Shown here in pieces: positions 1 to 12,479 of a DNA stretch of 64,000 nt (the stretch's first letter is position 1; each line of letters opens with the position of its first letter). The notes under the pieces are model-generated. The model was given only the letters and a program-made list of their open reading frames with translations, ran no database searches and was not told where the DNA came from. This DNA comes from Mustelus asterias (lineage: Eukaryota), in the NCBI RefSeq assembly GCF_964213995.1, contig NC_135815.1, positions 8,370,001-8,434,000 of the forward strand, given 5' to 3'. The translations under genes were made by a program, and so were the position numbers.

Positions 1-870
1 ACAAGTCTAACCTGCCTAACTTTTCCTCATAAGACAACCCATCTGGACTGCTTCCAGTGCATTAACATCCTTTCTTAAATAACATGCCCAATGCTGTACA
101 CAGTATTCCAGATATGGTCTCACTGGTGTCCTGTACAACTGTGGGATTCTCTATATGGTTTGCATTAATTAAAAGGCTTCATTTTAAAGGTATTTCTGCC
201 TAATGTAACTGATTACGCTATGCTTTAAGCTAACTTGGCCACATTTTAAAACTCAGCTTGGAATTCAGGGTTTTGAGCTTAGAAATTGACTACATTTGAA
301 AGTACAAGGCAAGCAAAGTTTTGCATAAACAGAAGCTTTCATGGTCTCACAGCTGTGAATTGCTTTTGAAAGCTGGAGACTGCTTATACCTATTAGTATT
401 TTAACAAGATACCTATTAGTATTTTAACAAGAAAAGATAACTGAACTTGTATATTGTTAGTAGCAGCTGTTTGTTTTTTTAGTTGTTGTTCAGTCGAATG
501 CTGCAAGGTTTTTGGGTCTGGCTAGAAGTCAGTCCCCAACTCAACCCCCCTCCCCCCCACCCCCCACCCCCTCTCTCTTAAGTAATCCTATTTCATTTCT
601 GTTAGGTTAATTTCAAGTTATATCCAATAAATCATTTCTTTAAAATCGTACCAAGTGCCCACGGTCTATTTGGAGAAATGAATGGATTCTACAACATCTG
701 AAGCATAATCTCCCTATTTCTACATGCAATTCTTCTCACAATAAACACTAACGTTCTATCACACTTCCTGATTACTTGCTGTACCTGTATACTAGCCTTT
801 TGTGATTCGTGCACCAGGACACCCAGATCCCTCTGCACCTCAGCTCAGCAATCTCTCAGCATTTCGATAA
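1..870 (-). mobile_element. Degenerate CR1 ORF2 fragment split by a solo LTR
   Basis: CR1-like reverse complement; the host rejoins as ctgtacaac|tgaagcataa when 140-698 is removed. Confidence 0.6.
140..693 (+). mobile_element. Solo LTR
   Basis: TG...CA ends, 5-bp TSD ACAAC/ACATC, AATAAA at 626-631; interrupts a CR1 fragment. Confidence 0.6.
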
Positions 871-911
871 TATGTACTTCTGGCAGTGATCTGTACATTT
901 CCCTCTCAGGG

Positions 912-1213
912 TTTAAAGTTTATTTATTAGTGTCACAAGTAGGCTTACATTCACACGGCAATGAAGTTACTGCAAAAATCCCCCAGTCGCCACACTCCGG
1001 TGCCTGCTCGGGTACACTGAGGGAGAATTTAGCATGGTCAATGCACCCTAACCAGCACGTCTTTCAGACTGTGGGAGGAAACTGGAGCACCCGGAGGAAA
1101 CTCACGCAGACACAGGGAGAACGGGCAGACTCCACACAGACGGTGACCCAAGCTGGGAATCGAACCCGGGTCCCTGGTGCTGTGAGGCAGCAGTACTAAC
1201 CACTGTGCTGCCA
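912..1213 (-). mobile_element. V-SINE (HE1-type head/core) with tail type B
   Basis: tRNA-like head with A/B boxes, core gggtttcctccgggtgctcc, tail ...gtgacactaataaataaac. Confidence 0.8.
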
Positions 1214-1462
1214 TGAGTCAGATTTTGGGTGATAGACAATGGCACAGATTTATTAATGATGGTTTTAATCATGAATGATGATAATACCCAACAAAACTGA
1301 AAGACTTGGATTTATATCGAGCCTTTCATGCTCCCTGAACTTCACAAAGACTCACGGGCAGGGCTGGAGATTGACAGGAAAAACATGAGGATCAGTGTGT
1401 GGGGGTGTATGTGTGGGGCCTTCATATGGTGTGTGTGTATAAGTACTGGGCTCTTAATAATG

Positions 1463-1770
1463 TAAAGTAAACTTTATTTATTAGTGTCACAAGTAGGCTT
1501 ACATTAACACTGCAATTAAGTTACTGTGAAAATCCCCTAGTCGCCACACTCCGGCGCCTCCGACACTAAGGGAGAATTTAGCACAGCCAACTCACCTAAC
1601 CAACACGTCTTTCGAATTGTGGGAGGAAACCTGAGCACCCGGAGGAAACCCACGCAGACACGGGGAGAATGTGCAAACTCCACACAGACAGTGACCCAAG
1701 CCAGGAATCGAACCCAGGTCCCTGGCGCTGTGAAGCAGCAGTGCTAACCACTGTGCCACTGTGCTACCCC
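1463..1770 (-). mobile_element. V-SINE, tail type B
   Basis: Same structure as 912-1213. Confidence 0.8.
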
Positions 1771-1930
1771 ATGATGTATTCCACAGCTAAACAGCCTCAC
1801 AGACATTCACTAAATAGACTCGAGCACGAAGGAACATAAAATTGGGTGTGTCAATATGCAGCCAGAACCCGTAGAACAATCCCTCTGAAGGAGAGGAGCA
1901 GAGTTTATGGGATCAGGCTGACTGACTCCA

Positions 1931-2285
1931 CATGGCGGTGTCCTAGTGGTTTTATCGCAAGATTATTAATCCAGAAACTCAACTAATGTTCTGGGAACCT
2001 GGGTTCAAATCCCGCCACGGCAGGTGGTGGAATTTGAATTCAGTAAAAAATATCTGGAATTAAGAATCTACTGATGACCATGAAATGATTGTCGGAAAAA
2101 CCCATCTGGTTCACTAATGCCCTTTAGGGAAGGAAATCTGCCATCCCTACCTGGTCTGGCCTACATGTGACTCCAGAGCCACAGCGATGTGGTTGATTTT
2201 CAACTGCCTTCGGGCGACTAGGGATGGGTAATAAATGCTGACCAGCCAGTGACGCCCATGTCCCACGAATGAATTTTTTAAAAAA
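1931..2285 (+). mobile_element. tRNA-derived SINE family 2
   Basis: B box gggttcaaatccc; body aaaaacccatctggttcactaatg...; further copies at about 9720-9935(-), 25172-25490(+), 31250-31455(-), 41560-41800(-), 47920-48080(-). Confidence 0.7.
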
Positions 2286-2459
2286 TAGGGATTTGAAAAG
2301 GAAGCTGTAACGGTGCCTTTGGAGGACCTGTTTTCTATCCCCATGGAGAGGCAACATCAGGTGAATTTGCCAAATTCACAGTGGCCAGGAAGACTCAATT
2401 TTCTTTTCTCCCATTCTCATGTGGGCGTCCATGATGTCCATCCTTCAATGTGGGGTGAT

Positions 2460-3240
2460 CATACAAATTAGGAGCAGGAGCAGGCCATTCGGCCCATTGA
2501 GTCTGCTCTGCTATTCAATGAGGTCACGGCTGATCTGTTGTGATAATCCACAACTCGGCAAGGTGGTTAGCACTGCTGCCTCACAGGGACCCGGGTTCAA
2601 TTCCGGCCTCGAGTCACTGTCTGTGCGGAGTTTGCACTTTCTTTCCGTGTCTGTGTGGGTTTCTTTCGGTTGCTCCAGTTTCCTCCCACAGCCCAAAGAT
2701 GTGCGGGTGAGGTGGATTGGCCATGACCAAATTGACCCTCGGTGTCAGGAGATTAGCAGGGTAAATATGTGGTGTTATGGGGATAGGGTCTGGGTGGGAT
2801 TGTGGTCAGTGTAAACTCGATGGGCCGAATGGCCTCCTGCACTATAGGGATTCTATGAACTCCACTTTCCTGTCTGATCCCCATAGCCTTAATTCCCTTA
2901 CTGATTAAACCTCTCTCTCAGCCTTGAACATAATGTAACGACCCAGCTTCTGTGACAAAGAATTCCACAGATTCACTTCCCTCTGAGAGAAGAAATTCCT
3001 CCTTTATCTGTGTCTTAAATAGGCGATCCCCTTACTCTGAGATTATGCCCTCCGGTCCTAGACTCTCCCACAAGGGGAAACACCCTCTCAGTGTCAAGCC
3101 CCCTGAGAATCTGAGATGTCTCAATAAGGTCACCTTTCATTCTTCTAAACTCCCAATGAGTCCAGGCCCAACCTACTCAACCTCTCCCCATAGGAAAATC
3201 CCTCCGTACCCAGGATCAACCTCGTGAACCTTCTCTGAAC
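2460..3240 (-). mobile_element. CR1 3' fragment split by a V-SINE
   Basis: CR1 3' end in reverse; the SINE at 2557-2857 has TSD AACTC. Confidence 0.7.
2557..2857 (+). mobile_element. V-SINE with tail type A (CR1-like)
   Basis: Head/core plus gggccgaatggcctcc...gggattctatg; TSD AACTC. Confidence 0.8.
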
Positions 3241-3816
3241 TATTCCATCACTCTCCTCGCCAACCTCTCACTTTCCGCCCTCCATTAACTTGAGTTCATC
3301 CAAATTTGAGCCCACGTTTTAACTCACACCAAGTTCCATTCAGACATCTTTCCTGTGCCTGCTGCCCCTCCAACACTGACACCCTTGGAAACAGCCCCTC
3401 CATTTTAAAATCCAAATCTCCCCGTGGCCTCTCCGCTCTCTCTATCTCTGCAATCTCCTCCAACCCCACAACCTTCTGAGATATTTGCACTCCTCCAATT
3501 CAGCGTTATGAGAATCCCTAACTCCCTTCGCTCCACCATTGGTGGCCGTGCATTCAGCTGCTTGGACCTTAGGCTCTGAAATTCCTTCTCAAAACCTCTC
3601 CACCTTTCTCTTCTCTTTAAGATGCTCCTCAAAACTTAACTTGACCAAGCTTTCTGCCGTCTGCCCTAATATCTCCTTGTGTGACTGGATGTTAATCTTT
3701 GTCTGACAGTGAACAGTTTTGTGGTGTTTTACTACGTTACGATGCTGTGTAAAGGTCACGTTGACAGCTCTCCAGTGCATTTCTCCGCAATATTGATATT
3801 TGCTTTTAATTGACAG

Positions 3817-6800
3817 GCTCTGGACAGATACAGGTCAGAGGTCACTCCGTTATCCTCCCTGGTCAGTATTCCACCGTAAGTCGTCTGGAAAGCAGCAAAA
3901 CCACCAGGGGGCGGTCAGTGACCAAGGACTCCTCCTGCCAAACTGAAGAGGTCAAGGTGGTGCCGCCATCAGTCCGGAGGATTCGGGCACAGAAAGGACA
4001 GGGCATCGCGGCCCAACTCTCCCACTCATCAAGCAACATGTTGACTGTTGGTGATGGGACCAGCACGCCGCGTGCCAGCGGGGACCTGCATTTCCACAGC
4101 CTGCCCCGACCCGGAGCCCGAGTCTCGCTGCACGAGTTAGACTGTGCCCACCACAGCCTGCGCAAGTCGGAGGAGTCTTTTGGCACGCTGCCCGGGAGGG
4201 TGGGCAAGCTGCGTGTGGACGGCTCGGCATCCCAGCTCCGGACAGCCCCCCTGACCAGACCAAAATCCCAGGAGATTACGGGCCGTCAGGCCACGGGGGA
4301 AGAATCCACTGGGATGGTGCGCGCCACTTCGCCCATCCAAATCATCGCCCACACCACGTTGTCCTCCAAGGCCGAGGTGGTGGCCATACGCACCTCACAG
4401 GGCCGGGGAGGGTGCCCGCTGCCGCCGGGCTCTGCCGTTGCCACGCCCCTCACCGCCGCTGCTCTGGGCAATGCCAACGGACTGCGAGAGGAACACCGCT
4501 CCTCCAGCGGCAACTGGAGTGGCAGCAGCGGCGGCAATGGCGGCAGCTCGGGTCGGCACTCCCCGACCTCTGACACTGTGCTGCCCCCGTCCCGCTGTGA
4601 CTCAGCTGTTTCCCTGGCGATGGGCTTGCGGGCCGATCTGGCAGAACCCCTGTACGCCCGGGACCGCAGTGGGACGACCAGCGATGCCGGCGGGTTCCGG
4701 CTGGAGGGCAGCAGCAGCGGCTCAACACCACATCCGGTGTGTGAGACGCCACCGAGCGCCCAGCAACCCCCGGCAGAGACACAGGCCATGAACTCGGACT
4801 CTCAGGCCCCCGTCTCTCAAACCTATCAGAATTCGGAGCACCCCCTCTCACCTCCCCCCACTGAGGTGGACTGGAACTCCCTGTACTCGGAGGTGCAGTT
4901 TCCACCCGCGGAGGTCACTGCCAGGTCACGGGGCGAGGGCAAAGGTCGGCGAGGCCTGGAAAGCCAAACTGAATACAGTGACCGGTCCCTGGGCCGCAGC
5001 ATATCCCTGAAAAAGACCAAGAAACCGCCCCTTCCCCCCGCCCGCACGGACTCCCTACGCAAGAAGCCCAAGGGTGCCCGGCCTGTGCTCAGTGAGTCGC
5101 TCATTGCTACCCTCCAGCGCTCGCTAGAGGTCAACCTCAAGGATCAAGATGGCCCCTCCGCTTCCCCCAGTGAGGGTCATGACCCCTGGGCCATGCGCCC
5201 CCGCAGCCAGAGCAACGCCAGTGCTGGCGAGGGCAGCAGCAACAGCAGCGGGCGTTCCACCGCTGCCAGTAATGCCTACTCCACCAGTGCAGCTACGCCA
5301 TCCCAGAGTGAGACCAGCAGCCTGCGCTCGGAGTACAGTGACCCCTGGGCCTATTATACTGAGGGGGTAGGCGGGAGAAGCCAGGACGAGGCAGCACGGG
5401 CGAGCGCCTGGGACTGCACACAGGACGAGTTGCCGAGGGCCTGCCCGCCACTCGTCACCAACATCTCGGCGAAACCAAAGAGCCCGTCCCCAGACAAGTC
5501 CCATGGGGTCACCTCACCCTCGAGCGGCTACTCCAGCCAGTGTAACACCCCCACCATGCTGAACCCAGCACCCGTCTTCTCTCGCCAATTATCGCCAGGG
5601 CCTACCAAGCCAAAGCCAAAGGTTCCCGAGCGGAAATCCTCACTGCTGTCCTCCGTGTCAGCCTCCTCCTCATCCGCATCCCTGTCCTCAAATGCCTCGG
5701 AATCCCGGCATCAAGTGAGAGAAAGCCGAGCGCTTCCTTCAAACGCACCTCCTGCATTATCCATGGGTCCTGATCTGAATCCTCCACTTCCTCCTCCACC
5801 ACCACCAGTGTGCACCTTAACCCCTCCTGCTGCCCCCTTGGCTATCCTGCCCCCTCCTCCTTTGCTGCCCCCTCCTGCCTCCCCCCGGCCCCCTCCTGCC
5901 TCCCCCCGGCCCCCTCCTGCCTACCCCCGGCCCCCTCCTGCCTCCCCCCGGCCCCCTCCTGCCTCCCCCCAACCCCCTCCTGCCTCCCCCCGGCCCCCTC
6001 CTGCCTCCCCCCGGCCCCCTCCTGCCTCCCCCCGGCCCCCTCCTGCCTCCCCCCTGCCCTCTCCTTCCATCGCTGCACCCACTTTACCCCCTCCTGCTCC
6101 CCCTCTACCCCCTCCTGCTCCCCCCTTGCCCCCTGCAGCCCCCTCTCTGGCTATGCCACCTCCTCCCGCTCCCCCGCTGGATCCGAAGATGCTGAACTGT
6201 GCGAAGTCCCCACACTCGCCCGCCCGGCCCAGCAGGAAGGAGCCCAAGGCCCCAGCTGAGCAGGCCGAGGCCTACAAACCAGCCCTGGGCCTGCCTCTCA
6301 TTACAGCCAGCGCTCTGCAGATGGTGCAGCTGAGGTCGGTGAGGAGGGGCGAGCGAGATGGCCCCCCGAGGCCGGTGAAGGAGCCGAGTCCCCGGCTGAA
6401 ATTGCGACCGGAGCAGCCAATGTCTCCACCGCCCCGGAAACCGGCTGTGCTACAACGGCCTTCCTCCCTTTGCCGATTTGCCAACCAACACGAGGCCAGA
6501 ACCGTCCCTGACGCCAGCCTAGCCCTAAGCTCGGAGGACAAGACCAGCAGCAGCACGGATTGGCCTGAAACATTGGCCCCCTGGAGCAGGCCTGAGATGG
6601 GAGCTGGGAATGAGCCGGAGCTCTGGATGCAGTCACCCAGCCCTGCCCCCTCCTCCACTCAGAGCAATGGCATTGAAGCCGGGCTTGATAAAAGGCAACA
6701 GCGAGAGAGGACACCCCCACCTGAAAACCCCAATGCCAAATCGGCCGGCAAAATGCCACCTCCCATCGCCAGGAAACCCAAACTGAGTCTACTTGTCCCG

Positions 6801-7137
6801 CCATCTCCATGGAGCCTCCCTCCTCAAGGGAAACGGGTGCCAGTCTCCTCAGAACCAGTGGCAGAAGACAGGACTGCGACGGCGCCGGTATCTGCTGAGA
6901 CCAATGGAGAGCGGCCCTCAGGCCAGAGTGTGGAAGAGACGGAATCTGACAACTCCCACACCGCCGGGAGGCTGGAGGACACGGCGCAGCACCAGGCCTG
7001 GGAAGTCCATGTGGAGAACCTGTTGGATCAAAGCATGAAAGATCCCGGTGTTCACGAAGAACTGGCAACAGACGCCTCAAACACTTCGGACAGAATGGAA
7101 GAGAGCAGTGCAATCATCTGCCAAGGTGACGGAATGG
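3817..7137 (+). CDS. NHSL1: NHS-like protein 1, large internal exon (3321 nt; upstream exons lie outside the window)
   Basis: Long ORF with NHSL1 motifs SSCQTEEVKVVPPSVRRIRAQKGQGIAAQL, RSISLKKTKKPPLPPARTDSLR, SPSSGYSSQ, PKVPERKSSL and LITASALQMVQLRSV. Acceptor ttgacag|GC; donor ATGG|gtaaga (phase 1). Confidence 0.92.
5868..6056 (+). repeat. Coding 21-bp tandem repeat, 9 copies (PPPASPR)
   Basis: Unit ccccctcctgcctccccccgg, in frame in NHSL1. Confidence 0.9.
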
Positions 7138-7394
7138 GTAAGATTTCCAGCCAGAATTGACTTTCCTCTTCTTCCTCCCCGTCCCCCGTCCCCCCGTTCC
7201 CCCCCCCCGTTCCCCCCCCCCGTTCCCCCCCCCGTTCCCCCCCCGTTCCCCCCTCCCGTTCCCCCCTCCCCTCCACATTGTCCCTTTGCTTGTCCTCACA
7301 CCTCTTCATCACTCAATCCACTTGTCCCTTCCTCTCCCAATTCCTTCCCATCTCCCCCTCTTTTTAAACCACTCCAGTCCGTTCAATTGCTTCA

Positions 7395-8790
7395 TAGGGG
7401 GTGTAACAGAGTGTAATAGAGTTTACAGGGGCTGTAACAGAATGTTCTAGAGTTTATAGGGGGTGTAATAGAGTTTACAGTGGGTATAACAGATGGTTAT
7501 GGAGCTTACAGGGAGTGAAACAAGTGATATAGAGTTTATAGAGAGTTTAATGGGGTTATAGAGTTTACAGGCGGTGTAAGAGTGTATAAGAGTTTACAGA
7601 GGGTGTAACAGAATGTGTAACAGTGTAAGAGTTTACAGAAACTAACAGAGTTTACAGGGGGTGTAACAGAGTGTAATAGTGTTTACAGGACTGTAACACA
7701 GTGTAATAGGGTTTACAGAATGTGTAACAGTGTAATAGAGTTTACAGAGTGTATAACAGAGGGTTATAGAGTTTACAGGGGGTGTAAGAGTGTATAAGAA
7801 TTTACAAAGGGTGTACCAGAGTGTAATAAGGTTTACAGGATGTGTAACAGTGTAATAGAGTTTACAGAGACTGTAACAGAGTTTACAGGGGGTGTAACAA
7901 AGTGTTATAGAGTTTACAGGGGTGTAACAGAGTGTAATAGAGTTTACAGGGACTGTAACACAGTGTAATAGGGTTTACAGGATGTGTAACAGTGTAATAG
8001 AGTTTACAGAGACTGTAACAGAGTTTACAGGGGGTGTAACAAAGTGTTATAGAGTTTACAGGGGTGTAACAGAGTGTAATAGAGTTTACAGGGACTGTAA
8101 CACAGTGTAATAGGGTTTACAGGATGTGTAACAGTGTAATAGAGTTTACAGAGTGTATAACAGAGGGTTATAGAGTTTACAGGGGTGTAACAGTGTAATA
8201 GAGTTTACAGAGTGTATAACAGAGGGTTATAGAGTTTACAGGGGTGTAACAGTGTAATAGAGTTTACAGAGTGTATAACAGAGGGTTATAGAGTTTACAG
8301 GGGTGTAACAGTGTAATAGAGTTTACAGAGTGTATAACAGAGGGTTATAGAGTTTACAGGGGTGTAACAGTGTAATAGAGTTTACAGAGTGTATAACAGA
8401 GGGTTATAGAGTTTACAGGGGTGTAACAGTGTAATAGAGTTTACAGAGTGTATAACAGAGGGTTATAGAGTTTACAGGATGTGTAACAGTGTAATAGAGT
8501 TTACAGAGTGTATAACAGAGGGTTATAGAGTTTACAGGGGTGTAACAGTGTAATAGAGTTTACAGAGTGTATAACAGAGGGTTATAGAGTTTACAGGGGT
8601 GTAACAGTGTAATAGAGTTTACAGAGTGTATAACAGAGGGTTATAGAGTTTACAGGATGTGTAACAGTGTAATAGAGTTTACAGAGTGTATAACAGAGGG
8701 TTATAGAGTTTACAGGGGTGTAACAGTGTAATAGAGTTTACAGAGTGTATAACAGAGGGTTATAGAGTTTACAGGAGTGTAACAGGATGT
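7395..8790. repeat. Intronic minisatellite, 59-bp higher-order unit
   Basis: Core tagagtttacag; near-perfect 59-bp period from about 8130 to 8775, degenerate to the left. Confidence 0.9.
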
Positions 8791-8870
8791 TGCAGGTTGA
8801 TAACTATCTGGTTTTTACGATACTTCCTCCACCTTTCAGTGACTGGAGTTAAAATTCTGTCCTCTGGCAG

Positions 8871-8988
8871 GTGATGTGTTTGAACCCAGTTCCCCCGTCC
8901 TTGGCAGCAGTTTCGGATGGAATATTGAAGAGCCAAGCACTCCCAGCAGAGCCAGGACAACTGAGGACTTGTTTGCAGCGATTCACAG
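8871..8988 (+). CDS. NHSL1: NHSL1 penultimate coding exon (118 nt; absent from the ORF track)
   Basis: ctctggcag|GT GAT...CAC AG|gtaggg. Encodes (G)DVFEPSSPVLGSSFGWNIEEPSTPSRARTTEDLFAAIH(R); RTTEDLFAAIHR is the NHS-family signature. Phase 1 in, phase 2 out, matching both neighbours. Confidence 0.93.
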
Positions 8989-10109
8989 GTAGGGAGCGGA
9001 GTGAGAGGTTTTTACATTGATTCATGACATGGATCAACCTGAGAGTGACGGCTGAGATATTGTATTGTGCATTTCCTGAACTGGCCGATGACTGGTATGT
9101 CACCTTTCCTGGTCTCAGGCTCTGAGGGTCACTGGGGCATATAGAGGGCAGAGGTGTTAGTTTAATGTGGCTGATGACTTCCTTGGAACTTACTGGATTG
9201 CCCCTGGATTGAGATGTGCAAGAGGTTATTAAAGGGTTAAATACAGCCTGGAAATTCCTCTGAGGAATAATCAGCCCCATGCCTCAGCTTGGGAACTCTC
9301 ATGCTGAGGAACAGCTGAACAACTGCCCCTGACTGTAACTTCTCTCTCTCCCCTAAAGCAGCATATACACCAACATGGACTAATCAGAGTGGCCTGTTTC
9401 CGTGCTCTCAATCTCTAAGGGCACTCCAATACTCAGCTCGAGTCATAGAGGTTTACAGCATGGAAACAGGCCCTTTGACCCAACTTGTCCATGCCGTCCT
9501 TTTTTTAAAAACCCCTAAGCTAGTCCCAATTGCCCGCATTTGGCCCATCTCCCTCTATACCCATCTTAGAAATATAAAACAATATATCACAGACTTTGAT
9601 CGAGTTATCCAATTAGTCTTGCTCCCCCACTCTCCCCAAACCCCTGCAATTTTTTCCTCCGATATATGATTGATATTAATGTTAGTATCCTTCAGTCATG
9701 ATCATTTATAGATTTTGGTTCTTTTTATTCTTTCATGGGATGTGTGCGTCGCTGGTTGGGCCAGTATTTATTGCCCATCCCTAATTGCCTTGGAACTGAG
9801 TGGCTGGCTAGGCCATTTCAGAGGGCAGTCGCTGTGGCTCTGGAGTCATATGTAGGCCAGACAGGGTAAGGACGGCTGATTTCCTTCCCTAAAGGACAAT
9901 AGTGAACCAGATGGGTTTTTACAATAATCCATGAATGTTTTTTAAAATCTTTCTCGGCTTGTGGGTGTTGCTGGCTAGGCCAGCTGAAGTTGTCACGGTT
10001 ACCATTGCTGAGACTAGCTTTCAATGCCAGATTTATATGTATGTTTGTATATATACCCATCTCCCTGCCCCTCCCTCTCCGTCTCCAAGGGTGGGATCAC
10101 AAATTCTTG

Positions 10110-10534
10110 CTTTTCATTATCCATCTATCGTCCTTTCTACCCTATCTCTCTATCTTCACTTTTCATTATCCATCTATCGCTCTCTCTACTCCATCTCTCT
10201 ATCTTCACTTTTCATTATCCATCTATCGCTCTCTCTACTCCATCTCTCTATCTTCACTTTTCATTATCCATCTATCGCTCTCTCTACTCCATCTCTCTAT
10301 CTTCACTTTTCATTATCCATCTATCGCTCTCTCTACTCCATCTCTCTATCTTCACTTTTCATTATCCATCTATCGCTCTCTCTACTCCATCTCTCTATCT
10401 TCACTTTTCATTATCCATCTATCGCTCTCTCTACTCCATCTCTCTATCTTCACTTTTCATTATCCATCTATCGCTCTCTCTACTCCATCTCTCTATCTTC
10501 ACTTTTCATTATCCATCTATCGCTCTCTCTACTC
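10110..10534. repeat. 49-bp pyrimidine-rich minisatellite (continues at 11547-11625)
   Basis: ttttcattatccatctatcgctctctctactccatctctctatcttcac, about 8.5 copies. Confidence 0.9.
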
Positions 10535-10536
10535 TC

Positions 10537-11547
10537 TACCGCAGGGTTCAGTGTTGGGGCCACAGCTGTTCTCTTTATATATTAACGATCTAGATGACGG
10601 GACTGGGAGCATTCTGGCCAAGTTTGCCGATGATACAAAGATAGGTGGAGGGGCAGGTAGTATTGAGGAGGTGGGGAGGCTGCAGAAAGATTTAGACAGT
10701 TTAGGAGAGTGGTCCAAGAAGTGGCTGATGAAATTCAACGTGGGCAAGTGCGAGGTCGTGCACTTTGGAAAAAAGAATAGAGGCATGGACTATTTTCTAA
10801 ACGGTGACAAAATTCATAATGCTAAAGTGCAAAGGGACTTGGGAGTCCTAGTCCAGGATTCTCTAAAGGTAAACTTGCAGGTTGAGTCCGTAATTAAGAA
10901 AGCAAATGTAATGTTGTCATTTATCTCAAGAGGCTTGGAATACAAAAGCAGGGATGTACTTCTGAGGCTTTATAAAGCACTGGTTAGGCCCCATTTGGAG
11001 TACTGTGAGCAATTTTGGGCCCCACACCTCAGGAAGGACATACTGGCACTGGAGCGGGTCCAGCGGAGATTCACACGGATGATCCCAGGAATGGTAGGCC
11101 TGACATACGATGAACGTCTGAGGATCGTGGGATTATATTCATTGGAGTTTAGGAGGTTGAGGGGAGATCTGATAGAAACTTACAAGATAATGAACGGCTT
11201 AGATAGGATGGACGTAGGGAAGTTGTTTCCATTAACAGGGGAGACTAGGACGCGGGGGCACAGCCTTAGAATAAAAGGGAGTCACTTTAGAACAGAGATG
11301 AGGAGAAATTTCTTCAGCCAGAGAGTGGTGGGTCTGTGGAATTCATTGCCACAGAGGGCTGTGGAGGCCGAGACGTTGAGCGTCTTCAAGACAGAAATTG
11401 ATAAATTCTTGATTTCTCGAGGAATTAAGGGCTATGGGGAGAGAGCGGGTAAATGGAGTTGAAATCAACCATGATTGAATGGTGGAGTGGACTCGATGGG
11501 CCGAATGGCCTTACTTCCGCTCCTCTGTCTTATGGTCTTATGGTCTT
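10537..11547 (+). mobile_element. Young 5'-truncated CR1 LINE inserted in a minisatellite
   Basis: Open frame PQGSVLGP...KFADD...RPHLEYC to a stop at 11462; (TCTTATGG)n tail. Confidence 0.9.
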
Positions 11548-11704
11548 ACTCCATCTCTCTATCCTCGCTTTTCATTATCCATCTCTCACTCTCTCTACTC
11601 CATCTCTCTATCCTCGCTTTTCATTAGCCCTCTGTCTCTCTTCCTCTATTTCTTTTTATGTAACGATTAGGTGTAAATTTTACAACCGTGTTTCCCATCT
11701 TTAG

Positions 11705-12479
11705 GTCCAAAAGGAGGGTTCTGGGACGGAAGGATTCTGAGGATGAGCACAGTAAGACCGTGTCCCCTTCTCCTCCCGTCACCCCCACGGGAGCCGTGTC
11801 CAGTCCAGGCAGCTTCAAGCAGGTTGGCTCCATCCAGAGGAACCTGCGGAAATCCAGCACCAGCAGTGACAGCTTCAAGGCCCTGCTGTTGAAGAAGGGC
11901 AGCAGAGTGGAGACGGGCTGCCGCATGTCAGCCGCTGAGATGCTCAGGAGCACCGACCCCAGGCACCAGCACGCCGAACCCTCGCAGGCCGAGACAGCCC
12001 GGACCAACGGCTGGAGTCCGACCGAGAGCCGCTCGCCGGGACACCGGGGCAGGAACCCTCGCGAGGAGTGGGCCTCGCAGGAAGGGCCGATGCCCCGGGG
12101 CACGGGGCTGGCAGGTGTCCGGCACGGGCGCTCACGGACCCCCCCCTCAGCCGCCAGCAGCCGATACAGCGCGCGGCACCTGCACCTCCACCGGCTCCAC
12201 AGCAGCCCCATGACCGTTATCTGTGAGGGGGAGGCGGAGAACTCTGAGGCCGCCGAGAGTCCGGGTGACGAGGGGCGTCGGCACAGCGAGGGTGACATTG
12301 TCAGCAGCAATGGCCTGGGTGAGACCTGGGGGGAGCAGGAGCCCAAAGATGGCAGCATGTCAGCCCCTGCCTCACGGAATCTTCCGGACTCAGTGTGCGG
12401 AACAACAGACGTTTATCTGGCCCAGAACGGCTCCGCCAGTTTGAGTGAAGAAGGTGCGAATCAGGATTGGGTCTCGTGA
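11705..12479 (+). CDS. NHSL1: NHSL1 last coding exon to the TGA stop
   Basis: catctttag|G TCC AAA. Encodes SKRRVLGRKDS, SPSPPVTPTG, KQVGSIQR, FKALLLKKGSR, MSAAEML, EEWA, RSRTPPSAASSRYS and SSPMTVI, typical of the NHSL1 C-terminus. Confidence 0.93.

Noticed and set aside
3863-7113. Many antisense and alternate-frame ORFs over the NHSL1 exon (likewise 11624-12358 and 23001-23921)
   Set aside because: Expected shadow ORFs of GC-rich coding sequence.
8840-8870. Alternative NHSL1 acceptor (cctttcag at 8839)
   Set aside because: Adds 31 nt and reaches TGA immediately; the 8871 acceptor keeps the conserved frame.
9990-11462. 490-aa ORF with a hydrophobic N-terminus fused to RT
   Set aside because: The N-terminus is translated stop-free minisatellite running into a truncated CR1; not a real fusion gene.
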